Source of the DNA: Tubiluchus corallicola
Lineage: Eukaryota > Animalia > Priapulida
Assembly (NCBI GenBank): GCA_030141605.1
Contig: JAQGDQ010000060.1
Coordinates: 186,001-250,000, forward strand
Reading direction: 5' to 3'
DNA: 64,000 nucleotides
Below are positions 40,701-62,575 of this stretch, in pieces (positions within the stretch are counted from its first letter, which is position 1; the number at the start of each line of letters is the position of its first letter). The notes beneath the pieces were generated by a model. The model did no database searches, was not told where the DNA came from, and saw nothing but the letters and a program-made list of their open reading frames with translations. A program made the position numbers and the translations under genes.

Positions 40701-43700
40701 TTTCTACAAGAAATGAAGACGGGCAGGTAAAAAATCTGCCTGTACCCATTCTTTTCAACAGGTAAAGAATCCTATACAATACTAATTTCATAACACAACT
40801 ACTTAACATTACATAGCATATTTTTCCTTATACACCCTATTTATGTTTAATGTGCTCCAATGTATACTTAACACTAAATACCTTATTCAATTCTTTTTCA
40901 TAAAAACTCGCAAACGGCACGGTTTTGAGGTTTAAAAATTCAGCCGTCAATACACACACGTGTAGCGAGACTGATAACATAAATCATAACACAATAAACA
41001 CAACAGAGCTTGTAGAAGCAAAAATCAATCTCCTGGTTGAATTTTGGATAAAAATATAAAACTATTAAATGCATACATTTTAATCCAATTTATTTTTATT
41101 GTACCCTTTTTCTTTTGTATTTTTCAATTAGTTGGTTTACTGTGGGAAAAACCAGAGTAGTTCAAATCTAGCATTCGCCAGTGAAAATGCCATTAACATG
41201 CAATAACACGAGCGAAAACTTTTTTTATGATTAGGCATTTAGATGCTTCTTAGATCATAACCGCATAACGGTAATCGCACTCTTCTGACTCTAGTCGGCA
41301 CCAGCCCAGAGATTCATGTGTAGTCTGACACAATGTGTTAGTGTTGCTAATTAGAAATTGAGTCTTATGCATTATTACCTGCCGGGGCTTGAGTTGACTT
41401 TTCAGCAGCTTCAGTTCTGCTAGTGACCGTTTCCGTGCCAGAGCTACACGGCTCAATCGGTGACGGCATTGCATTTGCTAGCTCACCAACTTCCTGTAGC
41501 GGTGGCAGATATTTCTCAAACGGAACAGAGCACTCCGCTTCGCTTTCGCCGGCACCAAATTTCGGTGTCACGTTTGTAGAATGTGATGATTTAGCAGCGG
41601 ACGAGGAACCAGACCAATAAAATGGTTTGGTTGACGACTGTGGTTGCAACGGCACGTTTGATGACAAAGCTGCCTTTGACGGTAACGATTCATTGTGCAA
41701 ATTAGACAAACTGTGGTCTAAATTAGAATTTTTTAATTGTCCTAAAGGCGGCATAGTTCTAAGAGGTGGGCCAATATTGTAATAATTATTAGACGCCTCA
41801 GGTTCTGCTTGATTTACTTGTTGGAATGTGTAACCTGAACTGAATGGATTTAACCGATGGTTATTATACAACCGTTCATTAGGTGACTGCTGAACATCAT
41901 ACTCCTGCGGTATTTGATACCCATGTGGTGGACTGTATGAATATCCAACATTATTGCTGTCAGTAGAAGAATTCGACGATGGCTGGTCATTGTAATCCAA
42001 CATCCATGATGGAATCAATAAATCTTTCACGGTATTGGCAATTCTCGATAAAAACGACTGAAAGGAAAAAACCAAATTTAATACTTTAGCTTAGCTAGTT
42101 TAGCAACTAGATTATTTTTTTTAAGAAAAGGGTACAGTTTGCCGTTAAAGTGACACTGCAGATTAAGGAATGGGTCATCTCCACAGAATGTGCAAAACGT
42201 GCGTGAAAAAGTCTGCTAAATGATAGGCGAGATTTTATTTAAAAATACTGTGTCCTGCTATTAATAAGATCCTCTTGTATATGAAGAAGATACTGACAGA
42301 GCTTAAGACACTTATGACCATTTTAAAGTCATCCGAATGATTACTTGTGTCATTACTGTTACAGATATGAGGTGTGCAATAAAACATATGCACATCAAGT
42401 AATGTACTAAACTAATAAAATACATTTTTTATCCCTTGCTATAAATATCTGGTCAGTTTTTTATCTGAATACAACCTTTTTTAAAATGGAACTGGTTTTC
42501 ACATTTACTATGCAGCATTTGTGTCTAGCAAGAACTCTTAAATGGATGTAACTTCACTTAAGAGAAATGACAAAAACATACCACTTTATGGAAATGATCA
42601 GTGTATGCCTTGTTTTGTCAGTGATGGATTTTGAGCATTGTTTGACTTAGTTATTAACAATCAGGAAACTTTACTTGGCAACACAGTAATTTATAAAATA
42701 GTCCGGTCACTCAAACATAAATGGAATAATAAATTTATCACTAAACGAATTTTGCACAAAACAGACTTCAATTAATGATTTCTTGGTAGCTGAGTTTTGG
42801 TCATATAAAATAATTTGCTATTTAGCTTTTTCCCAATACCGAATCAATTCAATTCAATTCACAATTTTATTTCAGACTTAAAATCCACATAAAGCATACA
42901 GATAAGCTAAATATTATATATGTAAGACATTAACACTATGCGAACATAAGCCTTAAATTACTGAAATTACAATAAAACAGAGCACACAACTACAATTAGT
43001 CTGTCACTTTTACTTCCTTTTCACTGACTTGCAAAATTTAAACATTCTTGCAAACCATTGCCAAAATAATAAAAAACCCAATTCTTTTCCATTTATTAGT
43101 GTGCTAAATTCTTTAGACTAAATTAGATATAAGGGCCAAACATAAAAGATCTTACACACAGGCCTTGACTCCAGCAGCACGAAGTTTGCGGATGATGCTA
43201 AGCTTGTTTTTGGCATCCAAATACTGACAGTTTTGTTAATTTATCAAATTTTGAAATCAATCAGTAAACATTCACAGCAGAAATTTAATATCTTGTGAAT
43301 ACGAAAGCTTTCAAAATAATTCTTATCAACAAAAATTTCATTCATAGAAGACACTGACATGATTGAAATTGAATGATTCATAAATATACTGAGAAAAGCT
43401 GTTTATCAAGAAAACTTAACGACAATAGATCATTTCAGAGAATTCAAGGAGAGCATTTCTCCTGATTTCTCAACCCACATAAACTATAAACTAAGCTCAA
43501 CGATTAATTAGCAAAAAATGATTGGAATTCAAAAACTGATCAGTTGGCTAACAGTCACCACTAAATGACACCCATTTGGTACAAGCTAAAGAAGAGGGGA
43601 GGGGGATCTCGGCGTACTTGCAGTTTAGGTGGTTCTCCTCACACCCTACTACCATCCTATATCAGTCCCACTGCCAGTGCTCCAAACCTTCTCTCCCTCT

Positions 43701-44816
43701 CCCATTTCATCACCAAGAATGCCAAGCTGCCAAGACACTAAGAATGCCAAGCCGCCAAGAATGCCAAGCTGCCCAACCCAACCTGCCATACAGCAAACTC
43801 ATCAAAACTAATTGATTGACTAACTGACTAGTTTAGCTAGCTAACTAACTAATTAATAATCTTCGTACAGTCACCATTTTTTTACGATATGAAGCCTCAA
43901 ATTATCGTGTGTTCCAATATTAAATATTTTATTGTATGAACCGCAACCCTGCTTTGCTGGTTGCGCCGCATTTCAAAAGTGAAACAAAGATTACAAAACA
44001 ACGCCGATAGAGTATGCCAATTACTGGCACACACACACGGACACGGACACACATTCGCCCAAAGCTCTTTTTAACTTGCAGTAAGTTTACAATTTGGTTC
44101 TTTTTTGTGAACAGATTTTCTAGGCTGTGGCACACAGAAGTAGATAAAAAATATTGCTCTCTGATAACTCCCAAATGACAATATTTCATCAAATCTGTCA
44201 ATCTTAGTCCATCTCGCGATGCTAACAGTAAGTTTTTTAAAATATTTTTTTTATAAACAGGAGATATGTTTCAACTTTTCTTTACATGGTGGCTTAACAA
44301 GGTCAGCTGTTTTCAGTTATACAAGATGTTGTACATGTACATTTGTATTATTGTAGTTTGCTGGTGAAATAAACTGAATTCGAAATGTCGGAATACATCA
44401 GTGTGCAGATAAAGAATGCATCTTTTTGTTGTAGCTCTGGTTTCAGCGATATTTCTGATTTAGGCGACGTGCGAGTACCTTAAAAAGTACCACCTAAACT
44501 GCAATTTACCTGGGATCTCGAATGAATGCTCACTGTAAGGTGAGCAAATTTGATTAAACTTCATACAATAATTAGATTTACAAAATTATTTTCACGCAAA
44601 ACCAGATTTAAAAACAGTGTAACTATACAAAACAGTAAAAGCAGCAAAAGACATGCAATCACACAAATAACACAATATCTGAGAAATACTATTGTTACAG
44701 TAACTGACCTCTTTTCTGTTTTGTTGCTGAGTTTTGCTTGCGATTCTGTCATAAGGTTTTGCGCCCTTTTGGCTAGGCCATTTTTTGGTGCGTACTTTTC
44801 CAATATCTTCGTTCAT
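22716..44816 (-). CDS. NUP153: Nuclear pore complex protein Nup153
   Basis: 18 phase-consistent GT-AG coding exons: 44816-44709, 42057-41379, 40085-39909, 38954-38794, 36792-36670, 35955-35722, 35140-34952, 34155-33883, 33128-32969, 32051-31845, 31652-31227, 30532-30407, 30005-29133, 28002-27109, 26124-25996, 24933-24797, 24125-23962, 22803-22716. Motifs: GKVRTKK..AKPY, SFLSRIANTVKDLLIPSW, SPYYPGKTVFGGA, TSTTAKRILDALEKMSTPLSDARRIP, GGKMKR, GSVMDVL, three RanBP2 zinc fingers, a long FxFG region and basic C-terminus RRIKRATRKLTKK*. Confidence 0.95.
23352..23841. repeat. 32-bp minisatellite, about 15 copies, in the last NUP153 intron
   Basis: Unit CTTTCCTTTAATTGCTATTACAGACTGTTGTT. Confidence 0.95.
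24957..25411. mobile_element. pogo/Tigger-type MITE, probably young
   Basis: Perfect TIR CCGTATTTTCCCGTGTATAAGAGACCCTT / AAGGGTCTCTTATACACGGGAAAATACGG with TA TSD. Confidence 0.9.
34362..34702. repeat. 57-bp minisatellite, about 6 copies
   Basis: Unit GTGTTGCATCCATACCTGTATTGTTGTAAGTTGTTGCTCATTTAACAGACAACATTA. Confidence 0.95.
37839..38719. mobile_element. Tigger-like MITE interrupted by a nested hAT MITE
   Basis: Outer TIR CAGGCACTCGTTGACTTACGAC / GTCGTAAGAGGACGACTACCTG with TA flanks. Confidence 0.7.
38010..38595. mobile_element. Nested hAT MITE
   Basis: TIR CAGGGATGTTACCGAAAC / GTTTCGGTAATATCCCTG; TSD GCATACAC/GAATACAC. Confidence 0.75.
39130..39772. mobile_element. Old hAT-like MITE
   Basis: TAGGGCTGCA...ACATCCTTA ends, subterminal GGATCC/GGATATGG/ATCCGAAT repeats, degenerate TSD. 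Confidence 0.45.
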
Positions 44817-45267
44817 GTTTAGGTAATGTAAAACACAAAAGTGTATTAGATAATCTTATTTGAAACGTGAAACATGAAAAACATGCTTTCCACAAAAAAT
44901 CTCCGAAAACTCACAGGAAAGATGGCGGCAAAACAAGGGTTACCGTATTGGCTAAAACAGATCACGTGCCTTTCAGGCGTGTAAGCCGCATGTTGTTAAA
45001 ATTTATTATTAAACTTTATTCACGTTAGAACTTTAAGTGTTTTAATTTTTTGTAACGACAAAAAATAATGGCGAACATAATTCAGACAACAGTAATGCAA
45101 TATGATTTTCTTAGTTATTTTTTATTTTATTTGAACTTTTGGGAGAAGTTATACAATATGTCTGCTTACATGAGCATGTTAAAATGTGAATTTCTATCCC
45201 CAATGTGTTAATTATTTTATGTAGGTGCATAATTAGTCAGCTATCTCCATCCACCTTGCTGGGATTT
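44817..45267. promoter_or_regulatory. Bidirectional promoter NUP153/RNASEH1
   Basis: The start codons are ~0.5 kb apart and divergent. YY1-type AAGATGGCGGC (44919-44929), inverted CCAAT (ATTGG 44947-44951), E-box CACGTG (44963-44968). Confidence 0.65.
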
Positions 45268-45336
45268 ATGGTCGCATTACAAGAAACGGTTTATATATCA
45301 GCATTTTTTTATATTAGGCAATATTTTCGCAACAAA

Positions 45337-55448
<10,112 letters not shown>

Positions 55449-55547
55449 TTTTATACACTGTTACCAATTGTGCTGAAATTGTGATTATTTATATCTACAG
55501 ATTTTGAACTTGATTTAAATTGGGACTTACTAGATTTTACTAATAAT

Positions 55548-55888
55548 CAGGGCCGGGTTATCCTAGCATAGACTGCAGCCTCGGGCCTCTCAAGCTTGAG
55601 GTGTCCTGCTGAAACATTTTCAAAAAATTCGTTTTTCACTCCGGTTGTGTTGAAATACGTAATAATTTGACTTATAATAAATTGTAAAATAGTGGTATTT
55701 CTTATAGGTATTCTAGTTTATTTGAACAATTTGCAATAAGTTTACTTCAAGCTATGTGAAGGTCACTAAAATATATCGTGCGTAAAAAATGTTCAAGATA
55801 GGTATGGGCAAGTTAGAGGGTGGCTCCATCTGTGGGGTCCCATAATTTCATTAGCCTAGGCGCACCACAAGGTCATAATCTGGCTCTG
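55548..55888. mobile_element. hAT MITE in the probable RNASEH1 3' UTR
   Basis: TIR CAGGGCCGGGTTAT / ATAATCTGGCTCTG; TSD CTAATAAT/CTGATAAT; AATAAA follows at ~55932. Confidence 0.75.
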
Positions 55889-58800
55889 CTGATAATGCAC
55901 TTAGTTTCATTTTGATTGTTATGTTTGGAAAAATAAAAGTTTTAATTGCTCTTTAATACAGTAACCAGTTATGATTGTTATCTTTAAGATAGTAACAGTA
56001 CATGATCTTGCACGCACCAGCTATAGCTCTTCCAAAAGAAAATGTAAACTTTTTTTTTATAAATATTTGATTTCAAAGAAGCAGTGTTGGTTCTGTATTT
56101 TTCGATTAAAAATTAAAGATACACTAGTCTCACTTCAATAATAATTATATTTTGAGAGGGGTATATTTACCAATACCAATTGGGACCGGTGTTGGTGGTC
56201 CCTTATAAACGAGTACCTTATACCAGAGGTTGACTGTACATAAATTCTGTAACTAACGTGCACATTATTTTTCATTATACATTTAACAAGCAAAATATAC
56301 ACTTTGTTATAAAACTTTATGTACATTAGGCAAATATCATTGTCCATTTCTGCGCATCGATAATTGTTGTAGGTGTAGCAATGTGAAATTTGTCATAATT
56401 TTCACATCTATTTTTTCATGTGTTATAATGTGTTTTGCATGTGCAGATAATTTTTACTGTTATTAGAAATACTTCAAGCTTGCAGATCAACTTTTCAGTG
56501 AGTGTACATGATTTTCCTAATTTTAATTTAATAAACATTTAAAATTTTGCCTAACACACTTTAATTAATTTAATCACGTAAAAGTGTGAAGTTTACAAAA
56601 ACACAAGATGAAATTTCAGCACCAACAATTAATTTTATTTTAAATGAAACCATAATGCACTTAACTTGTAACATGGAAACTTTAAACTGAGAATAGAAGT
56701 TGTATATCAAACTGAGTGTCTGCCGTGATTGCAGATTATTTTTATAATCCTATTTATTTAACTAAACCCACTAATTTTGTAATACAACAATAATTACACC
56801 TCATAGCTTCAACAAAATATAGTTCTCAGCTACAATACTGTTGAGTAGCATAGTCGTAATCGACATGACAATATTTGTTTCAATAATACAATATAAACAT
56901 GGCAGTAGCATGTAGACAATATAAAAAATTCATTTGAAATAACTTCCACAGTGCAAATTTCTAGTAACAAAAAATTGTGTTGAGATATCAAAATCTGATT
57001 ATGATGTCATTTCTGCCAATACGTTTCTAAACATTACTACTGATAAACCGTGACAGCCTTACCAACTATTGTGCTATACAACTTTAGCAAATGTAATGTG
57101 CATATCATGTTACCTGGACCTTTAGTAGGGCTGAGTATGTTGCAGTACCTAGCTTACCACTCACCTTAAAACTAGTGATGGCAACCCGTTTGGTTACCAT
57201 GCATTGCTTCACACAAAATGTTTTTCAAGTCAATACAAAAACATTTTTATTTTAATTCTTTTTCGTTTTTTTCGCTCTGCTATGTATAACATCAATGATC
57301 TGTGTTTAAACCCTTTAAAGTGAGATCACTACTTGGTATTCGTTTAAGAATGGTCTGCCTGCCATGATAACTGCCACACCACATCCAGTAAAGTTTAAAT
57401 ATTTAACTGATGGTTACTTTGTGCAAAAATTTTTATGAGTGTACTCGCTTAATCCCTACAAGTGACAGTATGAACATTACTACACTCATCTCGGTTTCCT
57501 CGACAAAAGCGGGGAGACGTCGGTCCAAATTTGCCAGTTGTCCTGTTAAGCTAATACAGTAGGCGCCGTGTATGAGACTCACGGCGATGCAGAACATCTC
57601 GAAAACATCTAATACAGGCCACTGTATGCAAAAGTATGTAAAAACTGTCGACAATTTACTCAAATAACTCCGCATAATTGATACATTGATTTATACATAG
57701 AGATAAACATGTAGTTATATTGATGTAATGATGTAAGCAAAGTGACAACCAACTAGCAGTCAGCTCGAGAAACAATGGACTGTGTCCGTAGTGTGAGAGA
57801 CTTTTAACGGTCCGATGTTTCTGATATCCATAAAAGCAAGGTCCAGCAAATGAAAATATAAGTGTACTTTTAATCTTGTTCGCTTTAAACAAACGATGTC
57901 ACTAAGCTACCAGTCCAAATGGAATTTTGCCAGTGTAAGCTTTATAGAGTTTGGTAAATTTACCTACTAAGATTTTTTTATTTAAAATTTTTTATAATTT
58001 TCATGATAAAATCATTTGAGTTTTTTACTGTTTTTCATACAATAAATTAAGTATTAAACCGCAAAAAGTTTCGAGTTACCTGCGGAAAACTGCAACCACG
58101 ACTCTAGCTGCCAAGGTTACAAACATTCTGTCGTTAAGCAACTTAAGTTTGTTGAGACCACCAAGTTAACAAGATCGGCTAGATTCAGAATAATAGGTAT
58201 TTGTGATTTATATTTGGAAAAGAAATGTGCACTAGGGACACAGATTTTTCCTTTCGTAAACTGAACACTTTTCCATTCACCCAAAACAGTAGCTAAAGCA
58301 ACTGGCTGGCAAATGTAACGACTGTTTGCCTGTTATTCTTAGCTCTGCTTAAGCCAATGCCTCCTAGATATACACAGTCCAAGTCTCTAAACAATCTCCT
58401 GCTCCTGGGTTATTTGGTACAGTCCCTGTACCAAGCTTTTAGCTTTTTTCCCAGATATACAGTCTTAGTAGCTAGTCTCAGGCATTTGCTCTCAAATAAA
58501 AACATTACTTGTGTTGTCTTCGCGGATCATTTGTCACATCAAGGCAATAAACTCTTTTGGTAACAACTACTCCGATCCCCAAGAAAGAAGAAAGCAGTAT
58601 TACTGTCAGTCACAGTAATCTCAATACCTAGTATATAGTTTTGTCTCCCAAATACAGACTCAAAACCTAGTCTCCTCTTTTTTCTCGCAGATGCACACAT
58701 TCTCGGTCAACCATATGCACATTCTGAGTACCTAGTGTCTCCTTTATCTGCCAGACACTTAGAGCCACCTAACTGATAATGTTATTACACAGTAATTCAA

Positions 58801-59004
58801 TGATTTGAATTAGACCAGCAGCTTTGACATAAATAAGAACTTAATTTGCTATAAATCAGTGTCAAAAATGAACGGTTCCAAATATTACACCGATGGCAAA
58901 AGTGTGCCAAAAAATTGACAAAAATGTGACATATACTCTCCAAGTAGTCAGAAATCCCTAATTTTAACTAAGCTTAACTAAAAACTATTCTGCCTTTATT
59001 TTAC

Positions 59005-60807
59005 TTAACTATCTTTGCCTCCACCCCAAAGCCAGCCTTTTACAAATCCAGTGATCCCCTTTCCTGGACCTGCCTTTCGAGTCTCCATACGTTCCTCCAG
59101 AGACGGAAACTCGACGTGGTTGAGAGCTAAGTCGAAGAAAAGTGGTTTGCACGGTATGGGTTCAAATGGAGGTGGGAAAGTGACAAAGTTGGCGGTACCT
59201 TTTTTGAGCAACGGATCTTCATAGTAAACATCCAGTCGCTCTACCAGTGTCTTATTTATCTCAACGGTGGGTTTCTTTGCTTCTTTCGATGCGTCAGATT
59301 TCTCTAGAATAGCCGACGCTTGAACTGAGTACTGCTTGCTTTCTACTTGCTGTTTTAGCTGTTCTAAATTAGACTGCTCATCCTTGTACGAAGACTGGAA
59401 AGACAACTGCTGAAATGTGGCGAGTGCTTCTGCGATGCGCTCTAACGTGCGCTCGTACAAAGCAGCTGCTTCCTTTGACTTCTGCAGACTGGCATATGAC
59501 AAAGCTATATAAAAACATCTATATGCTTTATATGCAGTTATCTTAGCTTCCGTTTCCTTGGTCAATTCTGTGTCATCATCCAGTCCTGGAAGCTGAAGAA
59601 TTTCTGACAGATTCTGTATGATGACATCATACAATCTAATTAAATCTTGCGGCTTTGCTACTTTTGCCCCAGAAGGATTCGAACTTCCCGTAAGGTTTTC
59701 CTTGAGTGCGGTTATCATGAGTAGAGTGCGGTCTATGGTTTTCGTCAACCTTTCATACACCAGGTAGGTGTGAAGATACTGCAAGCCGGTCAGTTTTGAC
59801 GAATCATTACCGTGTCGCGACAAGGGATCCGAGCGAATTTCGTCTCGAAGAACTTGCAGCGCATCTTTGCAGTCCATGAGAAGGCTTTCGTACACAGACA
59901 TTTTACCATCCAAGTCTTCGGCTTTTGATAAATTGTTAGCCACTTCCTTCACATTCAACAAGAATAAGCGAACCTTTTCTTGTTTCACGGGAACTGTACG
60001 TCCTCTCCAGGTCACCTCGGACAGGGTTACAGCTTGCTTTTCACGCGTTTGTGAAATCAACGTGTCAATATTGGAAGCAACGTCACCAGTGTGTGTGGAC
60101 GTTAGTCGCATTTGCATCAAATCATCTAGGGCAGAATCATCACCAATGTTGTATGCACAATATCGAATGTTAGGCAAAAACTCTTCAACGCGTTGCTGAT
60201 ACAACAGATTGCCCTCAGCACTCATCGTCGTTCCAAGTTTTTCATAAATGGTCCTGGCCTTTTGAAAATGCTCTATGGCCTCCTCCCAATTTTCCATTTC
60301 AAAATCTAAAGTAGCCTGCATCCACGACGAATATGCTTGCGCTTCTAGTTTAGTCCTAGCATCGCATTTTTCACTTTGACAGAGCTGATCTAGTTCCTCT
60401 GCGTACTTCGTAGCCTTTCGAAGTCTAGCGATTGTGTGAAATCGCTTTCGGGGTTCTGTATTTGCCTCAGTTCTCAACTGCATAGCATAACTCCATGCAC
60501 GTTCTGCGCTAACCAAAGCCATCTGCAATTGTTTTGAATCATGTAAATTGTCAACAGTTAGCTTCTTGTTTTGGAATCGCCTTTTCCCACTCGTCAAACA
60601 AAAGTGCAACGATTTTCGGATTCTACGAAGACGCCTCGTGCAGTAACTTCTGTACCTTTGATAATCTCCATGACGAAGGCCATGCTGTTGCTGGGATTCT
60701 TTGATTAACACGAGAATTTCCAACGTTAAGTCTGTTTTTGCACTATTTTCCGCATCTACCTGGTTCTTTTCTGTTTTCTCTTCGTCTACACAATCTGTTG
60801 CAGTCAT
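59005..60807 (-). CDS. SRP68: Signal recognition particle subunit SRP68 (single coding exon, 600 aa)
   Basis: LEILVLIKESQQQHGLRHGDYQRYRSYCTRRLRRIRKSL, AERAWSYAMQLR, EPRKRFH..ARLRKA, DARTKLEAQAY, PNIRYCAYNIGD, FPPPFEPIPCKPLFFDLALNHVEFPSLE are SRP68 signatures; uninterrupted ORF. Confidence 0.97.
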   Translation of the reverse strand: MTATDCVDEEKTEKNQVDAENSAKTDLTLEILVLIKESQQQHGLRHGDYQRYRSYCTRRLRRIRKSLHFCLTSGKRRFQNKKLTVDNLHDSKQLQMALVSAERAWSYAMQLRTEANTEPRKRFHTIARLRKATKYAEELDQLCQSEKCDARTKLEAQAYSSWMQATLDFEMENWEEAIEHFQKARTIYEKLGTTMSAEGNLLYQQRVEEFLPNIRYCAYNIGDDSALDDLMQMRLTSTHTGDVASNIDTLISQTREKQAVTLSEVTWRGRTVPVKQEKVRLFLLNVKEVANNLSKAEDLDGKMSVYESLLMDCKDALQVLRDEIRSDPLSRHGNDSSKLTGLQYLHTYLVYERLTKTIDRTLLMITALKENLTGSSNPSGAKVAKPQDLIRLYDVIIQNLSEILQLPGLDDDTELTKETEAKITAYKAYRCFYIALSYASLQKSKEAAALYERTLERIAEALATFQQLSFQSSYKDEQSNLEQLKQQVESKQYSVQASAILEKSDASKEAKKPTVEINKTLVERLDVYYEDPLLKKGTANFVTFPPPFEPIPCKPLFFDLALNHVEFPSLEERMETRKAGPGKGITGFVKGWLWGGGKDS

Positions 60808-61189
60808 TTTTCACTTTCAAACTTTCTGGTTGATAAAATTTTTTAAAATTAAAAGTGAAAAACCTAACACGTCAGCCAGCTTTTAGCCACAGCAGCATTT
60901 GCCAATACAAGAAATCTTCGAAATACATCAATATGTTCTATTGAGATTTTTAACCTTCATGGCGCTCTAGTTCTTTATGCTCAACTGTCATTCTGTAATT
61001 ATTGTTTCCACAGGCATCATTTTTAAACATTGAGTTTGCTTTGAATTATGCTTTTGCCACTGATTGTTAGCAATGCCATCATAATTAATTTTATCTTAAA
61101 CAGTCCTAGCAACAGGTGTATATTCGACTCCATTTTATAAAATTAATGTCAGTTTTTATTACAGGTACTTAAAAGCATTTACAGTTAAA

Positions 61190-61677
61190 AATCAACACAA
61201 CTTTATTAAAACATTTAAGTTAAAATGAGGCCAGATGTTTCGACAGGCTGCTGCTGGCGTCATCAGTGGTAAATTACCAACATACCAGCAGTTTACATAG
61301 GCAGAGCTTATTATTACCTATTTGGCTTTTGTTAACTATTTAATTAGTACGTTTATAGAGTGTCTATAAATCTTATTTACTAAAATACTACTACAGCAAC
61401 TGCTATAATTGGTACAGTGTAGATTATAATTGTGCACTAAGTATATTGTTAAATCTGACAGCAATCGATAGCCGAAACCCAAAATTAGCTTTGCATGAGT
61501 GAATGTATAAATTATAGAACATGCTTCTAGTAGAGCTGTCTAAGACACAGAAAACATGCACTACCTTAGACGAATGCCAGTGTGTAAAGAAACATTTGGG
61601 TTTGAGAATATCGTCATTTCTCACGAAGTATGCTCTGTACATGTACAAGTGAAACGAGAAATTAATTTGCATGTTAA

Positions 61678-61680
<3 letters not shown>
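61190..61680 (-). mobile_element. Penelope-like element terminal remnant with a degenerate hammerhead motif
   Basis: Minus strand reads CCA-CTGATGA-C-GCCAG...CTGTC-GAAAC-ATC-TGG (61269-61231), followed by AATAAA; it abuts a (TA)n tract. The element boundaries are approximate. Confidence 0.5.
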
Positions 61681-61715
<35 letters not shown>

Positions 61716-61716
<1 letters not shown>

Positions 61717-61785
61717 TCTATAACTTTCAGTACACTGTTTGAATATATATATATATATTCAAACAGTGTACTGAAACTTATAGAA
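61716..61785. repeat. 70-bp near-perfect palindrome
   Basis: TTCTATAAcTTTCAGTACACTGTTTGAATATATAT|ATATATATTCAAACAGTGTACTGAAAcTTATAGAA, with one mismatched pair. Confidence 0.9.
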
Positions 61786-62326
61786 GAAGACTTTTGGAAA
61801 GAAAACATAAAGTGGTGTGATGCTATCAGTCTGTGAGAATGGGCAGCTATTTGTTTGAGTGAGCTTGAGAGAGAAAGAGAGAGAGAGGACGAGCCCCAAC
61901 TTAGCCTGTTGAGTAGATTTGTTTGGTGTACACTTGCATGATCATACACACAAATTAATTGATTGCCTGATTGCTGCAGCCCAACTTGTAAGGTGTTCTG
62001 CTGTTATCCCAGGAAACACAACCGATGTCCTGAAGAAGTTATGTGCTGAGTGTGCTACTAACCTGCCAAACCAACATGCGGTCCTATTTCCTTCTACACA
62101 TCTCTTTTTCAGTACTATCATTGTGCTCAGGTAGACATTTAATTATCATAATTATAATATTACTTGATTCTTTCTACTTATAATTTTATTATTTCAGTTT
62201 TATCAGCCACTGTGAACTTCGTAAACATGTGTGCAGAAATATTTATTTCTACTAAAGCAGTGCTTTTGCTAATGAAGTAAATTTATTAATGAACCCAACT
62301 TCTGATTAGTTGCTTACAAGAAAACC

Positions 62327-62363
<37 letters not shown>

Positions 62364-62575
62364 AGCCTTGTGTAATGCTCAAACACAATGAAGTCGTGAA
62401 CATTGAGCCAGGCTGAAATCATGATCAAGTTTGTTCTTATGCTTATTTAGGAATCGGATCAGTAATCACTAGTTGGTGACGCGTCCAGTCGGCTTTGACT
62501 TGCGTGGTTATTTTGTCGGCTTGTCGTTGTGTTATTACAAATTTCTTTAGATAGTTTCTCTTCTGGTAATGCATC

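Noticed and set aside
43161-43205. KFADDAKL reverse-transcriptase-like motif
   Set aside because: Only ~15 codons with no extendable ORF; at most a tiny CR1 relic.
57433-58760. Hidden gene or structured RNA downstream of SRP68 (short ORFs, CGCCGTG/CACGGCG hairpin)
   Set aside because: No recognisable protein motif, splice chain or snoRNA/SECIS boxes; most simply 3' UTR or intergenic DNA.
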